22,524 bases of DNA from Sedimentisphaeraceae bacterium JB056 (GCA_044440125.1 JBITAJ010000023.1:1-22524); one strand, 5' to 3'. Counted from the stretch's first letter, positions 8,566 through 16,928 are shown. Made by a program: numbers and translations. The notes: generated by a model from the sequence alone, not told the origin.

Positions 8566-11500
8566 ATGATGAGAAAGCTGCTACTTTTATCAGTAATGAT
8601 GGTTGCCCTTTCCTCTGCTTACGGCCAGTATTATGCCTGGCAGAATGAGTATGATGGGACTAATGCCAATACTGTAGTTCTTTGGAATTTTGACGAGTTT
8701 GAGTCCACTGAAAGGGCTTTGAATGTCGTTAACAACTACAGACCTTATGTAATCAAACAGGGGGCTGCGACTTTTGCCGAAGATGGCAAGTTTGGCGGTT
8801 GCTTCAGGAATATTGGTGGTACAAGTTCTGCTAATTATGGTCAAATATGGGGCGACGTATCAGCTCCTGTACCTTTTCCTCAGGGGGTAGATCCCAGTTT
8901 GAGTGTTGAAATGTGGATCAGTATGAACGATTACACATATACCTCCGGGTATCTGATCGATAAATGCGGCGCAACCAAAAGCGGTTACCTCGTATACCTG
9001 TATCGTACCGATCCGGGCCAGCAGGATGTTTACCGCCTTTACTTCAAGACAGGCGACACAAACACGGAAGTCGTTGCCTACGCCGATCTTCAGTGGGATG
9101 CGGGTAAATACTATCATATAGCTTGTACCTGGGACGCTGATACCGATACCGCCAAAGTATATCGCGACGGTGTCGAAGTCGCTTCCTCTACGTATGCAGG
9201 CGTGGCTATTACCGACAGCGTTTCTGCTGCCAAGCTCGCCAACCGCGTATTGAGCACGTACGGTTCGTTCAACGGTGCTATCGACGGCGTTCGTATAAGC
9301 AGTGTTGCTTACGATTACGCCGTACCGCCGGATCCTTACGCATGGATGAGTGAGTACGACGGAACCGAAGACGGGACTATCTGTCTTTGGAACTTTGACG
9401 AGTTCGATACAAACGGTCAGGCTTTGAACGTAGTAACAAACTACAGACCTTACGTTATCCAGAGGGGTGCGTCTTATTTTGCTGAAGACGGCAAGTTCGG
9501 CGGATGTTTCAGGAACGTAGGCGGCACAATCGCTGATGATTACGGTCAGATTTATGGCGGCACGGTCCTGCCGTATCCCTTCCCCACAGGTTCTGACCCA
9601 AGTCTCGGTATCGAGATGTGGATCAGCATGGATGAGTATCAGCCGGGCGTTTCATATCTTATTGATAAGTATGCAAGCGCCAAGAGCGGTTACAGGATCT
9701 ATATGAACCAGGTCTACGCCGACAGGGAAACCGTTTACCGCGTTTACTTTGAAACCGGCGACGGCACAAATGTCGTGCAGGTATGGGCGGATATGGTATG
9801 GCGTCCGAATAAATACTACCACCTCGCATGTACGTGGGATGCTGCCACGGATACCGCTAAGATATATCGTAACGGCAGGGAATACGTATCCAAGACATTC
9901 CCTGGTATCTCAATCACCGACAACGCTTACGGCCCAAGGCTTGGTAACAGGCTTCTTGCTTCATATGGAGCGTTCAAAGGTGCATTTGACGGTGTTCGCA
10001 TAAGCAGCATTGCTCAGGATTATAAAGCTCCTGAGCCGGCAAGTCCGTATTATGGATGGACTGAAGAGTATGACGGTTCAGACGCTTACGCTATAGCTCT
10101 ATGGAATTTCAATGAGAATGAAATTTACACTGTAGGTGCGGATACCTGTGCACTTAATTCGTTCTCTAATATAACGGTTAACGGTTGGTCTACAGATTAC
10201 AGGGCAATACTTCGAGGTTATGCAACATTTGAACCTACCGGCGGTGCATTCGACCCGAACGCCCCCGGCATAGATGACGGCAGCTTCGTGAACTACGGCG
10301 GTTCTTACTCGACCGACTTTGCATTTGCATGGGGCGGTGCTGAGATATTCCCCGATGGAAGCGATCCAAGTCTTACAATAGAGGCATGGGTGAGATTCGA
10401 TGATATGACTAATGATAGAAGTTATGTTTTCGATAAATGCTACAGCACCGCAAGCGGTTATCAGCTCTATTTCTACAAAGAGCCGTGGATGGCTGATAAT
10501 CAGTATTACAGCTGGCTTGAGACCGGCGATGGTACGACTTCGGCAAGAGTTACTGAGCTTTGCAGCTTTGAAGAAGGCAAATACTATCACGTAGCAGGTG
10601 TATGGGATGCCGATACGGATACGCTGAGCCTTTATATAAATGGTGAACTTATCGGTTCAAGTTATTGGCCCGGTCTTGCAATCACAAATAATACGCAGGT
10701 TCTCAGGATTGGTAATCGTCTTGGTGCGACATACGGTTGTATGGACGGTGCTATTGATGGTGCTCGTATAAGTGAAGTAGCCTATGATTTTGCCGTGATA
10801 CCTGAAGAAGTACCGGTTGTACAGCCCGGTGATGTTACCGGTGACGGTTATGTAGGTGAAGCTGATGTTGTCGCGACTGCAGGGCAATGGCTCAATGAAA
10901 CTGCCTCAGGTGTATCTTATGGTAATTTCTTTACTCCGGCAGCCGATACGAAGAGTGCTCTTGATCAGGATGATTTCTATCCTGAAGGTCAGAACATGCT
11001 GTTTAGTCTCTTTGGCGTGAATCAGTACGACCTGAGTAAAGTCAAGGATAGCGATATGAATGCTATAGGACCATACTTTACAGAAGCTTCTGGAGGCTTG
11101 ATAAGGGGAGATACTTATCTGAGCTACATAGATGACTTTGGTCTTGGTGTAAAATATGTTTACAGGCTTGGTATGGACCTTGACTGGGATGATGCCGGTT
11201 TCGTAATGCCTTCTGACAGTGAGATAACTTCTGCCTTCACGACTCTTGTCAATGAAGTGGTGGAAGATCAGAACATTGCCGTATGGTATATAGCTCCAGA
11301 AGAGCTTCGTCCTTGGGAAGCTAATGAGCTTCACTATCTTGATGTTGCAACAGCTGCAATCAGGGCGGCCGATACCTACGACAGACCTATATGGATGTAC
11401 GAGCCTAATCACAGGCCAGCCGAGGATCTTGACGATACATTCCCTTATCAGGACTACTGCGGCAAGGGTTCTTATGTCAATACCAGCGGTTATGAAAAGG

Positions 11501-12255
11501 AAAGGATCTGGGTTAAGTGGAGCATGGAGCAGGTCAATACTGCTATCGCCAACTCGGGTACCACCGGGACAGCAATCAACGTGCTCGAAATGGCTACTGA
11601 TCCTGCATCATCTTCTGATTACAGTCTGATCGATGATTATGTGCATCACGATGTATACCTAAGTCTTACCAACGGTGCCAAGGGACTGTTTGTATGGTCT
11701 GGTGCAAGACGCACCGGTTTTGATTCCTTCCCGATCTATCAGGAAGCTTACGAACAAATTGCTTCTGAGCTTAACGGTGAAGATGCATTGGCGGATGTAT
11801 TCCTCTACGGCGAAGAAAAGACTGATATTACGGCATCGATAACCTCAGGGCCGATGACTGCTTCTGCAAGCAACGGCTACAGCTCTTCAAGCATAACCTG
11901 CAAGAGCTATAATGGTATTGATGGTGTAAGATATCTGTTCGTTATCAATTCAGCAAATGCCCAGGTTGACGTGCAGCTTAACGGCTTGCCTGCGACAGAT
12001 GCCTATATCAAGGATATCTTCGCAGATGGAAGCTACTCTGAAACAGCCGGTACAATGGCGGTAAGTTTGAGCCCATGGCAGGTTAAAGCATATAGAATTG
12101 TTCCGGAAACAGGGCTTTGCGGTCTTGAAGGAAGTCTCTATATGCAAGCTGATATATCCGGTGCAAACGGAAATCCTGATTGTATCGTAAACTTCTATGA
12201 TTTTGTACGCATGGCCGAGAATTGGCTCGAATGTGCGACTGGCAACTGTATATAA
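8566..12255 (+). CDS. Secreted multimodular protein: signal peptide, three LamG-like jelly-roll domains, a dockerin-like motif, a putative clan GH-A catalytic barrel with a beta-domain, and a C-terminal dockerin-like motif
   Basis: 1229 aa with an AGGAG RBS and signal peptide MMRKLLLLSVMMVALSSAYG. Three repeats run LWNF(D/N)E...S(L/V)E.W...YYH(I/L/V)A..WD...G.(I/F)DG.RIS. Also present are GDVTGDGYVGEADV...WL, a barrel paralogous to 13036..14349, and ADISGANGNPDCIVNFYDFVRMAENWL. Confidence 0.85.
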   Translation: MMRKLLLLSVMMVALSSAYGQYYAWQNEYDGTNANTVVLWNFDEFESTERALNVVNNYRPYVIKQGAATFAEDGKFGGCFRNIGGTSSANYGQIWGDVSAPVPFPQGVDPSLSVEMWISMNDYTYTSGYLIDKCGATKSGYLVYLYRTDPGQQDVYRLYFKTGDTNTEVVAYADLQWDAGKYYHIACTWDADTDTAKVYRDGVEVASSTYAGVAITDSVSAAKLANRVLSTYGSFNGAIDGVRISSVAYDYAVPPDPYAWMSEYDGTEDGTICLWNFDEFDTNGQALNVVTNYRPYVIQRGASYFAEDGKFGGCFRNVGGTIADDYGQIYGGTVLPYPFPTGSDPSLGIEMWISMDEYQPGVSYLIDKYASAKSGYRIYMNQVYADRETVYRVYFETGDGTNVVQVWADMVWRPNKYYHLACTWDAATDTAKIYRNGREYVSKTFPGISITDNAYGPRLGNRLLASYGAFKGAFDGVRISSIAQDYKAPEPASPYYGWTEEYDGSDAYAIALWNFNENEIYTVGADTCALNSFSNITVNGWSTDYRAILRGYATFEPTGGAFDPNAPGIDDGSFVNYGGSYSTDFAFAWGGAEIFPDGSDPSLTIEAWVRFDDMTNDRSYVFDKCYSTASGYQLYFYKEPWMADNQYYSWLETGDGTTSARVTELCSFEEGKYYHVAGVWDADTDTLSLYINGELIGSSYWPGLAITNNTQVLRIGNRLGATYGCMDGAIDGARISEVAYDFAVIPEEVPVVQPGDVTGDGYVGEADVVATAGQWLNETASGVSYGNFFTPAADTKSALDQDDFYPEGQNMLFSLFGVNQYDLSKVKDSDMNAIGPYFTEASGGLIRGDTYLSYIDDFGLGVKYVYRLGMDLDWDDAGFVMPSDSEITSAFTTLVNEVVEDQNIAVWYIAPEELRPWEANELHYLDVATAAIRAADTYDRPIWMYEPNHRPAEDLDDTFPYQDYCGKGSYVNTSGYEKERIWVKWSMEQVNTAIANSGTTGTAINVLEMATDPASSSDYSLIDDYVHHDVYLSLTNGAKGLFVWSGARRTGFDSFPIYQEAYEQIASELNGEDALADVFLYGEEKTDITASITSGPMTASASNGYSSSSITCKSYNGIDGVRYLFVINSANAQVDVQLNGLPATDAYIKDIFADGSYSETAGTMAVSLSPWQVKAYRIVPETGLCGLEGSLYMQADISGANGNPDCIVNFYDFVRMAENWLECATGNCI
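8632..10791 (+). repeat. Three tandem intragenic LamG-domain repeats (about 8632-9318, 9337-10023 and 10051-10791)
   Basis: Each unit starts Y(A/G)W..EYDG and ends RIS..A.D(Y/F). Units 1 and 2 share NYRPYVI, FAEDGKFGGCFRN and ACTWDA.TDTAK.YR and are visibly similar at the DNA level. Confidence 0.9.
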
Positions 12256-12278
12256 TTAACAAGTGACTGCAATAACAT

Positions 12279-12306
12279 GGGGGCGGCAAAGGTCGCCCCC
12301 TGTTGT
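12279..12306 (+). terminator. GC-rich stem-loop between the LamG gene and the prepilin gene (weak terminator or mRNA-stabilising hairpin)
   Basis: GGGGGCGGC-AAAG-GTCGCCCCC forms a 9-bp stem with one G-U pair and is followed by an imperfect tail, TGTTGT. Confidence 0.55.
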
Positions 12307-12317
12307 GGAGAATGAAA

Positions 12318-13025
12318 ATGAATAACAGAATTATAAAAGCATTCACCTTGATCGAACTTCTGGTTGTTATATCCATTATAGCGATATTGATGGCCGTGCT
12401 TATGCCCGCTCTGCAGAAGGCAAGGGAGCAGGCTAAGACCACAATCTGTAAATCACAGCTCAAGCAGTTCTCTGTGGCTCTTCTTCTTTATGCCGAAGAT
12501 AACAATGATGAATATCTTACGCAGGATTGGGGTTTGAATAACACGACCAATCTTCAGGGTTATTGGTTTGGTCGCTTGGGTCCATATTTCGATACAGACA
12601 AGAAGGGGCCTTATACCAACAGGTTGATGAGATGTCCTTCCGGTGATGCGATCAAGGAATATGGTGATGAACTTATCTATGGCTGGAATGCTACTGATTA
12701 CGGTTTGCAGGCTGCGGCTAAGAGCAAAGTTAGAATGACACAGTTAATCCAGCCGGATAAATTTGCGACATTCTTCGATTTTTCTTATGAAGGTGCAGTA
12801 GATGAACTTAATAACGCTACTGGTACTATCTGGAGTAGTAAATGGTATGGCTTGCTTAGAGATGATCGTGATGTTGAATTCTATAAAGATAAGATATATC
12901 GCCATTATGGTAAAAAAGGTGTGGATATACTTTATGCTGACAGCCATATTGAGGGTGTTGTTAATCCTGACTGGTGGGAAGATTTCGCAAGTCCGTCAAG
13001 CTTGTATTGGAACAATAAGCCGTAA
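12318..13025 (+). CDS. Prepilin-type N-terminal cleavage/methylation domain protein (DUF1559-like, type II secretion/type IV pilin-like)
   Basis: [34 protein letters not shown]...C.SQLKQ, an internal RCPS and a C-terminal RH...ILYADSH. The start is placed at ATG 12318 because GGAG (12307-12310) lies 7 nt upstream. Confidence 0.92.
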   Translation: MNNRIIKAFTLIELLVVISIIAILMAVLMPALQKAREQAKTTICKSQLKQFSVALLLYAEDNNDEYLTQDWGLNNTTNLQGYWFGRLGPYFDTDKKGPYTNRLMRCPSGDAIKEYGDELIYGWNATDYGLQAAAKSKVRMTQLIQPDKFATFFDFSYEGAVDELNNATGTIWSSKWYGLLRDDRDVEFYKDKIYRHYGKKGVDILYADSHIEGVVNPDWWEDFASPSSLYWNNKP

Positions 13026-13035
13026 GGAAGTATTG

Positions 13036-14349
13036 ATGAGTTGTATTATGAAAAGAATGGTCAGTGTGCTATTGATATTGTTCACTGTTCATAGCGGTAG
13101 TGTATTTGCGCAGACGCAGGAAGAAAGCTTTTTCGAAAGCTCCCCGGTTGTTAAACTGCCTGATGATGAATTTTATCCCGACGGCAAAAAGTTTATGTTC
13201 AGCATCTTCTCGGTTCTCTCGCCTGATCTGGAAAAACTGAAAGATGACGGCTTCACGGCCATCGGCCCTTATTACGGCGAGCAGAAGAAGTCCGGCGTAT
13301 TGGAAAAGGCCCATGCTACCGGTTTGAAATGTTTTTACAGGGTGGGTGAGCACATCGATTTTGTTCACGACCCCAACTACGTACTTCCGAGCGACAAAGA
13401 GATAGTCGAGCAGATACGAGAGGTTATGCTGCCGGTGGTTGACGACCCGAGCATCGCATGCTGGTATCTTGGCAACGAAGAACTTCGCCACTGGCGGCCC
13501 GATGAAATGAGATGGCTCGAGGTCGCGACCCAGGCGATAAAACAGCTCGACCCGCTCAAAAGACCGATATGGATGTACGAGCCGAACCACCGCCCGGCTG
13601 AGGGGCTGGCAAAGACTCTCAAATATCAGGATTATTGCGGCAAAGGCGATTACGTAAATCTTGCCGGTTATCAAAACAACAGGGTCTGGATAAAATGGTC
13701 TATCGCCCAGCAGATGGAAGCGATAAAGATCAGCGGCAAAAAGAATGCCGTTCCGTTGTGCGTGCCGGAGATGTGCTGCGATCCCGAGCCCCAATTTCAC
13801 GAAATGATACCGCTCTGGTGCAGGCACGATATTTATTGCTCGCTTGTCAACGGTGCCAAGGGCGTGGCGATATGGTCGGGCTTTCGCCGTCGCGGCCTCG
13901 ATACTTACGATCTGTATTATAAAGGATATTCCTCCGTCAGCCGTGAACTCAACGGCGAACTTAATCTTGGAGAGGTTTTCCTCTTCGGTGAAAAGAAAGA
14001 CAGGATAAAGGTCGGAATAATCGACGGCGTAAAAGCCGTAACGCTCAAGATTGGTCTTGGCGATATGGAAAGGATAAAGGAGTGCATCGAGGCCGGGCGC
14101 CTGGACGACAGCGGCACCGACTACAGCCCGCTTTCGATCAGCGAGCTTTCTTATGGCGATGATGTTTATCTCTTTATCGTAAATTCCGCCTCCGCTTACA
14201 TAAAGATAGCGGTCTCGTCTCTGCCGCAGGAAGATTTCAAAACACAGCCGCTGCTTGGCGGTGAAGTCCCCGAAATTAAAAACGGTATATTCAAAACCGA
14301 ACTCTCACCCTACGATGTCAGATGTTATAAATTCTCGAAAGAAAAGTAA
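13036..14349 (+). CDS. Secreted putative glycoside hydrolase (clan GH-A-like barrel), paralog of the catalytic region of 8566..12255
   Basis: The start is probably ATG 13036 (AAGGAAG RBS) or 13048, not 12802. The signal peptide is MKRMVSVLLILFTVHSGSVFA. Motifs are WYLGNEE (acid/base-like), DPLKRP, VPEM (nucleophile-like) and NGAKGVAIW. Confidence 0.75.
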   Translation: MSCIMKRMVSVLLILFTVHSGSVFAQTQEESFFESSPVVKLPDDEFYPDGKKFMFSIFSVLSPDLEKLKDDGFTAIGPYYGEQKKSGVLEKAHATGLKCFYRVGEHIDFVHDPNYVLPSDKEIVEQIREVMLPVVDDPSIACWYLGNEELRHWRPDEMRWLEVATQAIKQLDPLKRPIWMYEPNHRPAEGLAKTLKYQDYCGKGDYVNLAGYQNNRVWIKWSIAQQMEAIKISGKKNAVPLCVPEMCCDPEPQFHEMIPLWCRHDIYCSLVNGAKGVAIWSGFRRRGLDTYDLYYKGYSSVSRELNGELNLGEVFLFGEKKDRIKVGIIDGVKAVTLKIGLGDMERIKECIEAGRLDDSGTDYSPLSISELSYGDDVYLFIVNSASAYIKIAVSSLPQEDFKTQPLLGGEVPEIKNGIFKTELSPYDVRCYKFSKEK

Positions 14350-14360
14350 AGGAAGGTAAA

Positions 14361-16928
14361 ATGCTAAAGAGCTTCTTGGCAACTCTTGTTTGTATTCAGA
14401 TGTGTTTATCGGCTTCAAATATCACCCTCAAAAATAACAACCTGCGTAAGGCATTTATCCGCGATGAAGAAGTGGTGCTTGAGTATTCTGCCGCCGGTCT
14501 TGAAGATGGCGGGGACTATTCGGTAACGCTGGATATTGACGGTGTGATAAACGAAACAAAACAGCTTCAAGATGAAGGCGCAGTATTCCGTTTTGATGCT
14601 TGCGATCTCAAACCCGGAAAATATAATGCACAAGCCTCTCTGATCTCAGGCGATAAGAAGCTCTCAAATGTTGATACCGATATCATGATATCGAATATGT
14701 GGAACCCCGAAAGGATAAGGGTCTGGCTCTGGGCACACTACAAATTCGGTGAGGTGGTTTATAAGGACAGCCCAGAGGCACGCGAGATGCTCGCATGGTA
14801 TGTTGATAAAGGCTTCAACAGTTTTGTTCCCGGCGGCGGAGTCGGCGCAAAAACCAATTACGGCGGTTTTGATGAGGGCAAGCTCGCTCTCTTTGATTAC
14901 GGTCTCTACAACGGTCTGGAGATGGGTGTAAGTGCCTACAGAAGCTGTTTCATGGACATTGAAGATGAATCCCTGAAATTTAAGATCAATAAAAAGTGGC
15001 TTCAGGATTCGAACTTGATACCCAATCCTTTTGAAAAAGAGGTTACGCTGCTTCAGGATACAAAGAATATCGAGATGATGGAAATTCTTCAGCAGTTCCC
15101 GGGCGTAAAACTCTGCTATCTGGAAAGCGAGTTCGAGGATTACCTGCCTGCGGCTGTTCCGCTGGCCGATCGCTATTATAAATATCCTCAGCCGAAAAAG
15201 ACGCCGCATAAATTCCTGATGAAGGGAGTGATAGCTGATACGGACGAAAAATATGTCGACCATATATATCGTTTCCAATGGGGCGACAGCATCGTCTATA
15301 TGAATGAGAATGTCGCGAAGGTCGTCAAACAATACCGTCCCGATATAAAGGTGTTCAGCGACCCGCTTCGGCGTACGCTTGTGCGTGAGAGGATGCAGGG
15401 GCTCGACGGCATAAGCACCTGGACATACACCAACCCCGATCCCAAGTATACGCTTTATGTAGAGCTGCTCAATAATTACGCCGAGGCCGAGGGCAAGGAC
15501 GTTTTCCATACCATAACGTTTTACAACAGCAGAGGCAGCATAGCCCCCGCTGACTGCGGCGATGTGGTTCTTGGCCCCGACAGGCTCGTGGAAAACAGTT
15601 GGATCAATCTTTCCCGCAATACAGGCTCACTGTGCTACTATATTGGCAGTGCTAACGATCCTTTTGCTGAAGAGTTGACTCTCTATACCGGCGGTAAATC
15701 AAGAAAAAGCAATGCTCGTTATCCTTATAACAAATATCCGCCTACATTTGAGGCGTTGGGAAGATATCACGAGAGAATTGTCCAGCCTTTTGGACCTATG
15801 ATAAATAAACTTAAAGGTACTTCCCGCAAGACTGCCGTGCTTGCCTCTGAATCGGCATTTGTTTACAGGGATGGTCCGGCGGTTGCAAGCTGGTATCAAA
15901 ATTATTATGTGATGGATTTTTATGCACTTCTGGCAATGAACCAGATACCGGCGGATATAATCACCGATGAAGATGTAAGACGCGGCAAGCTGAGCGATTA
16001 TGATAATCTATTTCTGATTCGCTGTGATACACTTACAAAAAGTGTATATGATGCAGTAATTGATTATCAGCAGGGTGGAGGAAAGCTTTACAGTGATAAA
16101 TATCTTCGCGCTGAGTTTGATAATGTCAAACGCTTTGATTTTGAGTTTGGTTATCGCCGAAGGGTTAATGTTAATGCTCTTACCGAGAATAAACTCTTTG
16201 CCGGTGGTGGTGATACGCTTGATGATTTGACCTCTAAAATAGAAAGCACCGAAGGTATTACGGCTGATCAGGATCAGAAGATTATGGAAAGCTATGCCTC
16301 CCGACTTGACAGTGCACTTGGCACAGATGTTGAAAGAGTAATTAAATGTTCCTCGCTTAATGTTGTAAGCAATATGCTTCAAAACGGCGACACTTCATAT
16401 CTTTTCCTCATAAATGATAAACGTACCTATTCCGATCGTTTCGCTGATTGCGAGAAATGCAAAGGTATGCTTGATAAGTTTGTTGAGCAGGATGTTGAGA
16501 TTGAGCTTCTTGAAAAAGATGCGAAGTATGGTTACGATATGATTGCCGGTAAAATGTTCGAGATTAATAATGGTAAATTTGATGTTACTCTTGACGACCT
16601 TGGCGGCAGAATTATCGCTTTAAGTAATCAAAAGCTTGATGCTGTTGAGATTGATGTACCGCGTAAGTGCACAACGGGTGAAAAAGTTAATATTGCTGTT
16701 TCTATTTTTGACGACAATAAAAATTATTTTGATGGTGCAGTGCCTATTCACTTCTCTCTTACATCACCCGACGGCAGTGAGAGTATTGTTGATTATTATG
16801 CCGCGACTGACGGCTTCCGCTCAATAGAATTTATTCCGGCTCTAAACGATATAAAGGGAATGTGGAAGATTGAAGTTACAGAGTTGTTTACAGGTAAAAA
16901 AACTTCCGAAAAATTTGAACTCGATTAG
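14361..16928 (+). CDS. Secreted multidomain protein with a GH42-like architecture (barrel, trimerisation/GATase-like domain and Ig-like domains)
   Basis: 855 aa with an AAGGAAGG RBS and an N-terminal signal-like segment. KTAVLASE...IPADIITDEDV..GKLSDYDNLFL...Y.QGGGKL resembles the beta-galactosidase trimerisation domain, and the C-terminal ALNDIKGMWKIEVTELFTG looks Ig-like. Confidence 0.6.
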   Translation: MLKSFLATLVCIQMCLSASNITLKNNNLRKAFIRDEEVVLEYSAAGLEDGGDYSVTLDIDGVINETKQLQDEGAVFRFDACDLKPGKYNAQASLISGDKKLSNVDTDIMISNMWNPERIRVWLWAHYKFGEVVYKDSPEAREMLAWYVDKGFNSFVPGGGVGAKTNYGGFDEGKLALFDYGLYNGLEMGVSAYRSCFMDIEDESLKFKINKKWLQDSNLIPNPFEKEVTLLQDTKNIEMMEILQQFPGVKLCYLESEFEDYLPAAVPLADRYYKYPQPKKTPHKFLMKGVIADTDEKYVDHIYRFQWGDSIVYMNENVAKVVKQYRPDIKVFSDPLRRTLVRERMQGLDGISTWTYTNPDPKYTLYVELLNNYAEAEGKDVFHTITFYNSRGSIAPADCGDVVLGPDRLVENSWINLSRNTGSLCYYIGSANDPFAEELTLYTGGKSRKSNARYPYNKYPPTFEALGRYHERIVQPFGPMINKLKGTSRKTAVLASESAFVYRDGPAVASWYQNYYVMDFYALLAMNQIPADIITDEDVRRGKLSDYDNLFLIRCDTLTKSVYDAVIDYQQGGGKLYSDKYLRAEFDNVKRFDFEFGYRRRVNVNALTENKLFAGGGDTLDDLTSKIESTEGITADQDQKIMESYASRLDSALGTDVERVIKCSSLNVVSNMLQNGDTSYLFLINDKRTYSDRFADCEKCKGMLDKFVEQDVEIELLEKDAKYGYDMIAGKMFEINNGKFDVTLDDLGGRIIALSNQKLDAVEIDVPRKCTTGEKVNIAVSIFDDNKNYFDGAVPIHFSLTSPDGSESIVDYYAATDGFRSIEFIPALNDIKGMWKIEVTELFTGKKTSEKFELD

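Noticed and set aside
8632..10791. Repeats as a CRISPR array, mobile element or diversity-generating retroelement target
   Set aside because: They are in-frame, diverged protein-domain duplications. No spacers, transposase or reverse transcriptase are present in the window.
12802..13035. N-terminal extension of the 515-aa ORF overlapping the prepilin gene
   Set aside because: It overlaps a clear gene by more than 200 bp. A good RBS and signal peptide appear only from 13036/13048.
13069..13827. 252-aa antisense ORF
   Set aside because: It shadows a well-supported sense gene in a GC-richer patch and has no recognisable motifs.
14664..15509. 281-aa antisense ORF
   Set aside because: It mirrors the 855-aa gene and is explained by codon bias; no motifs.
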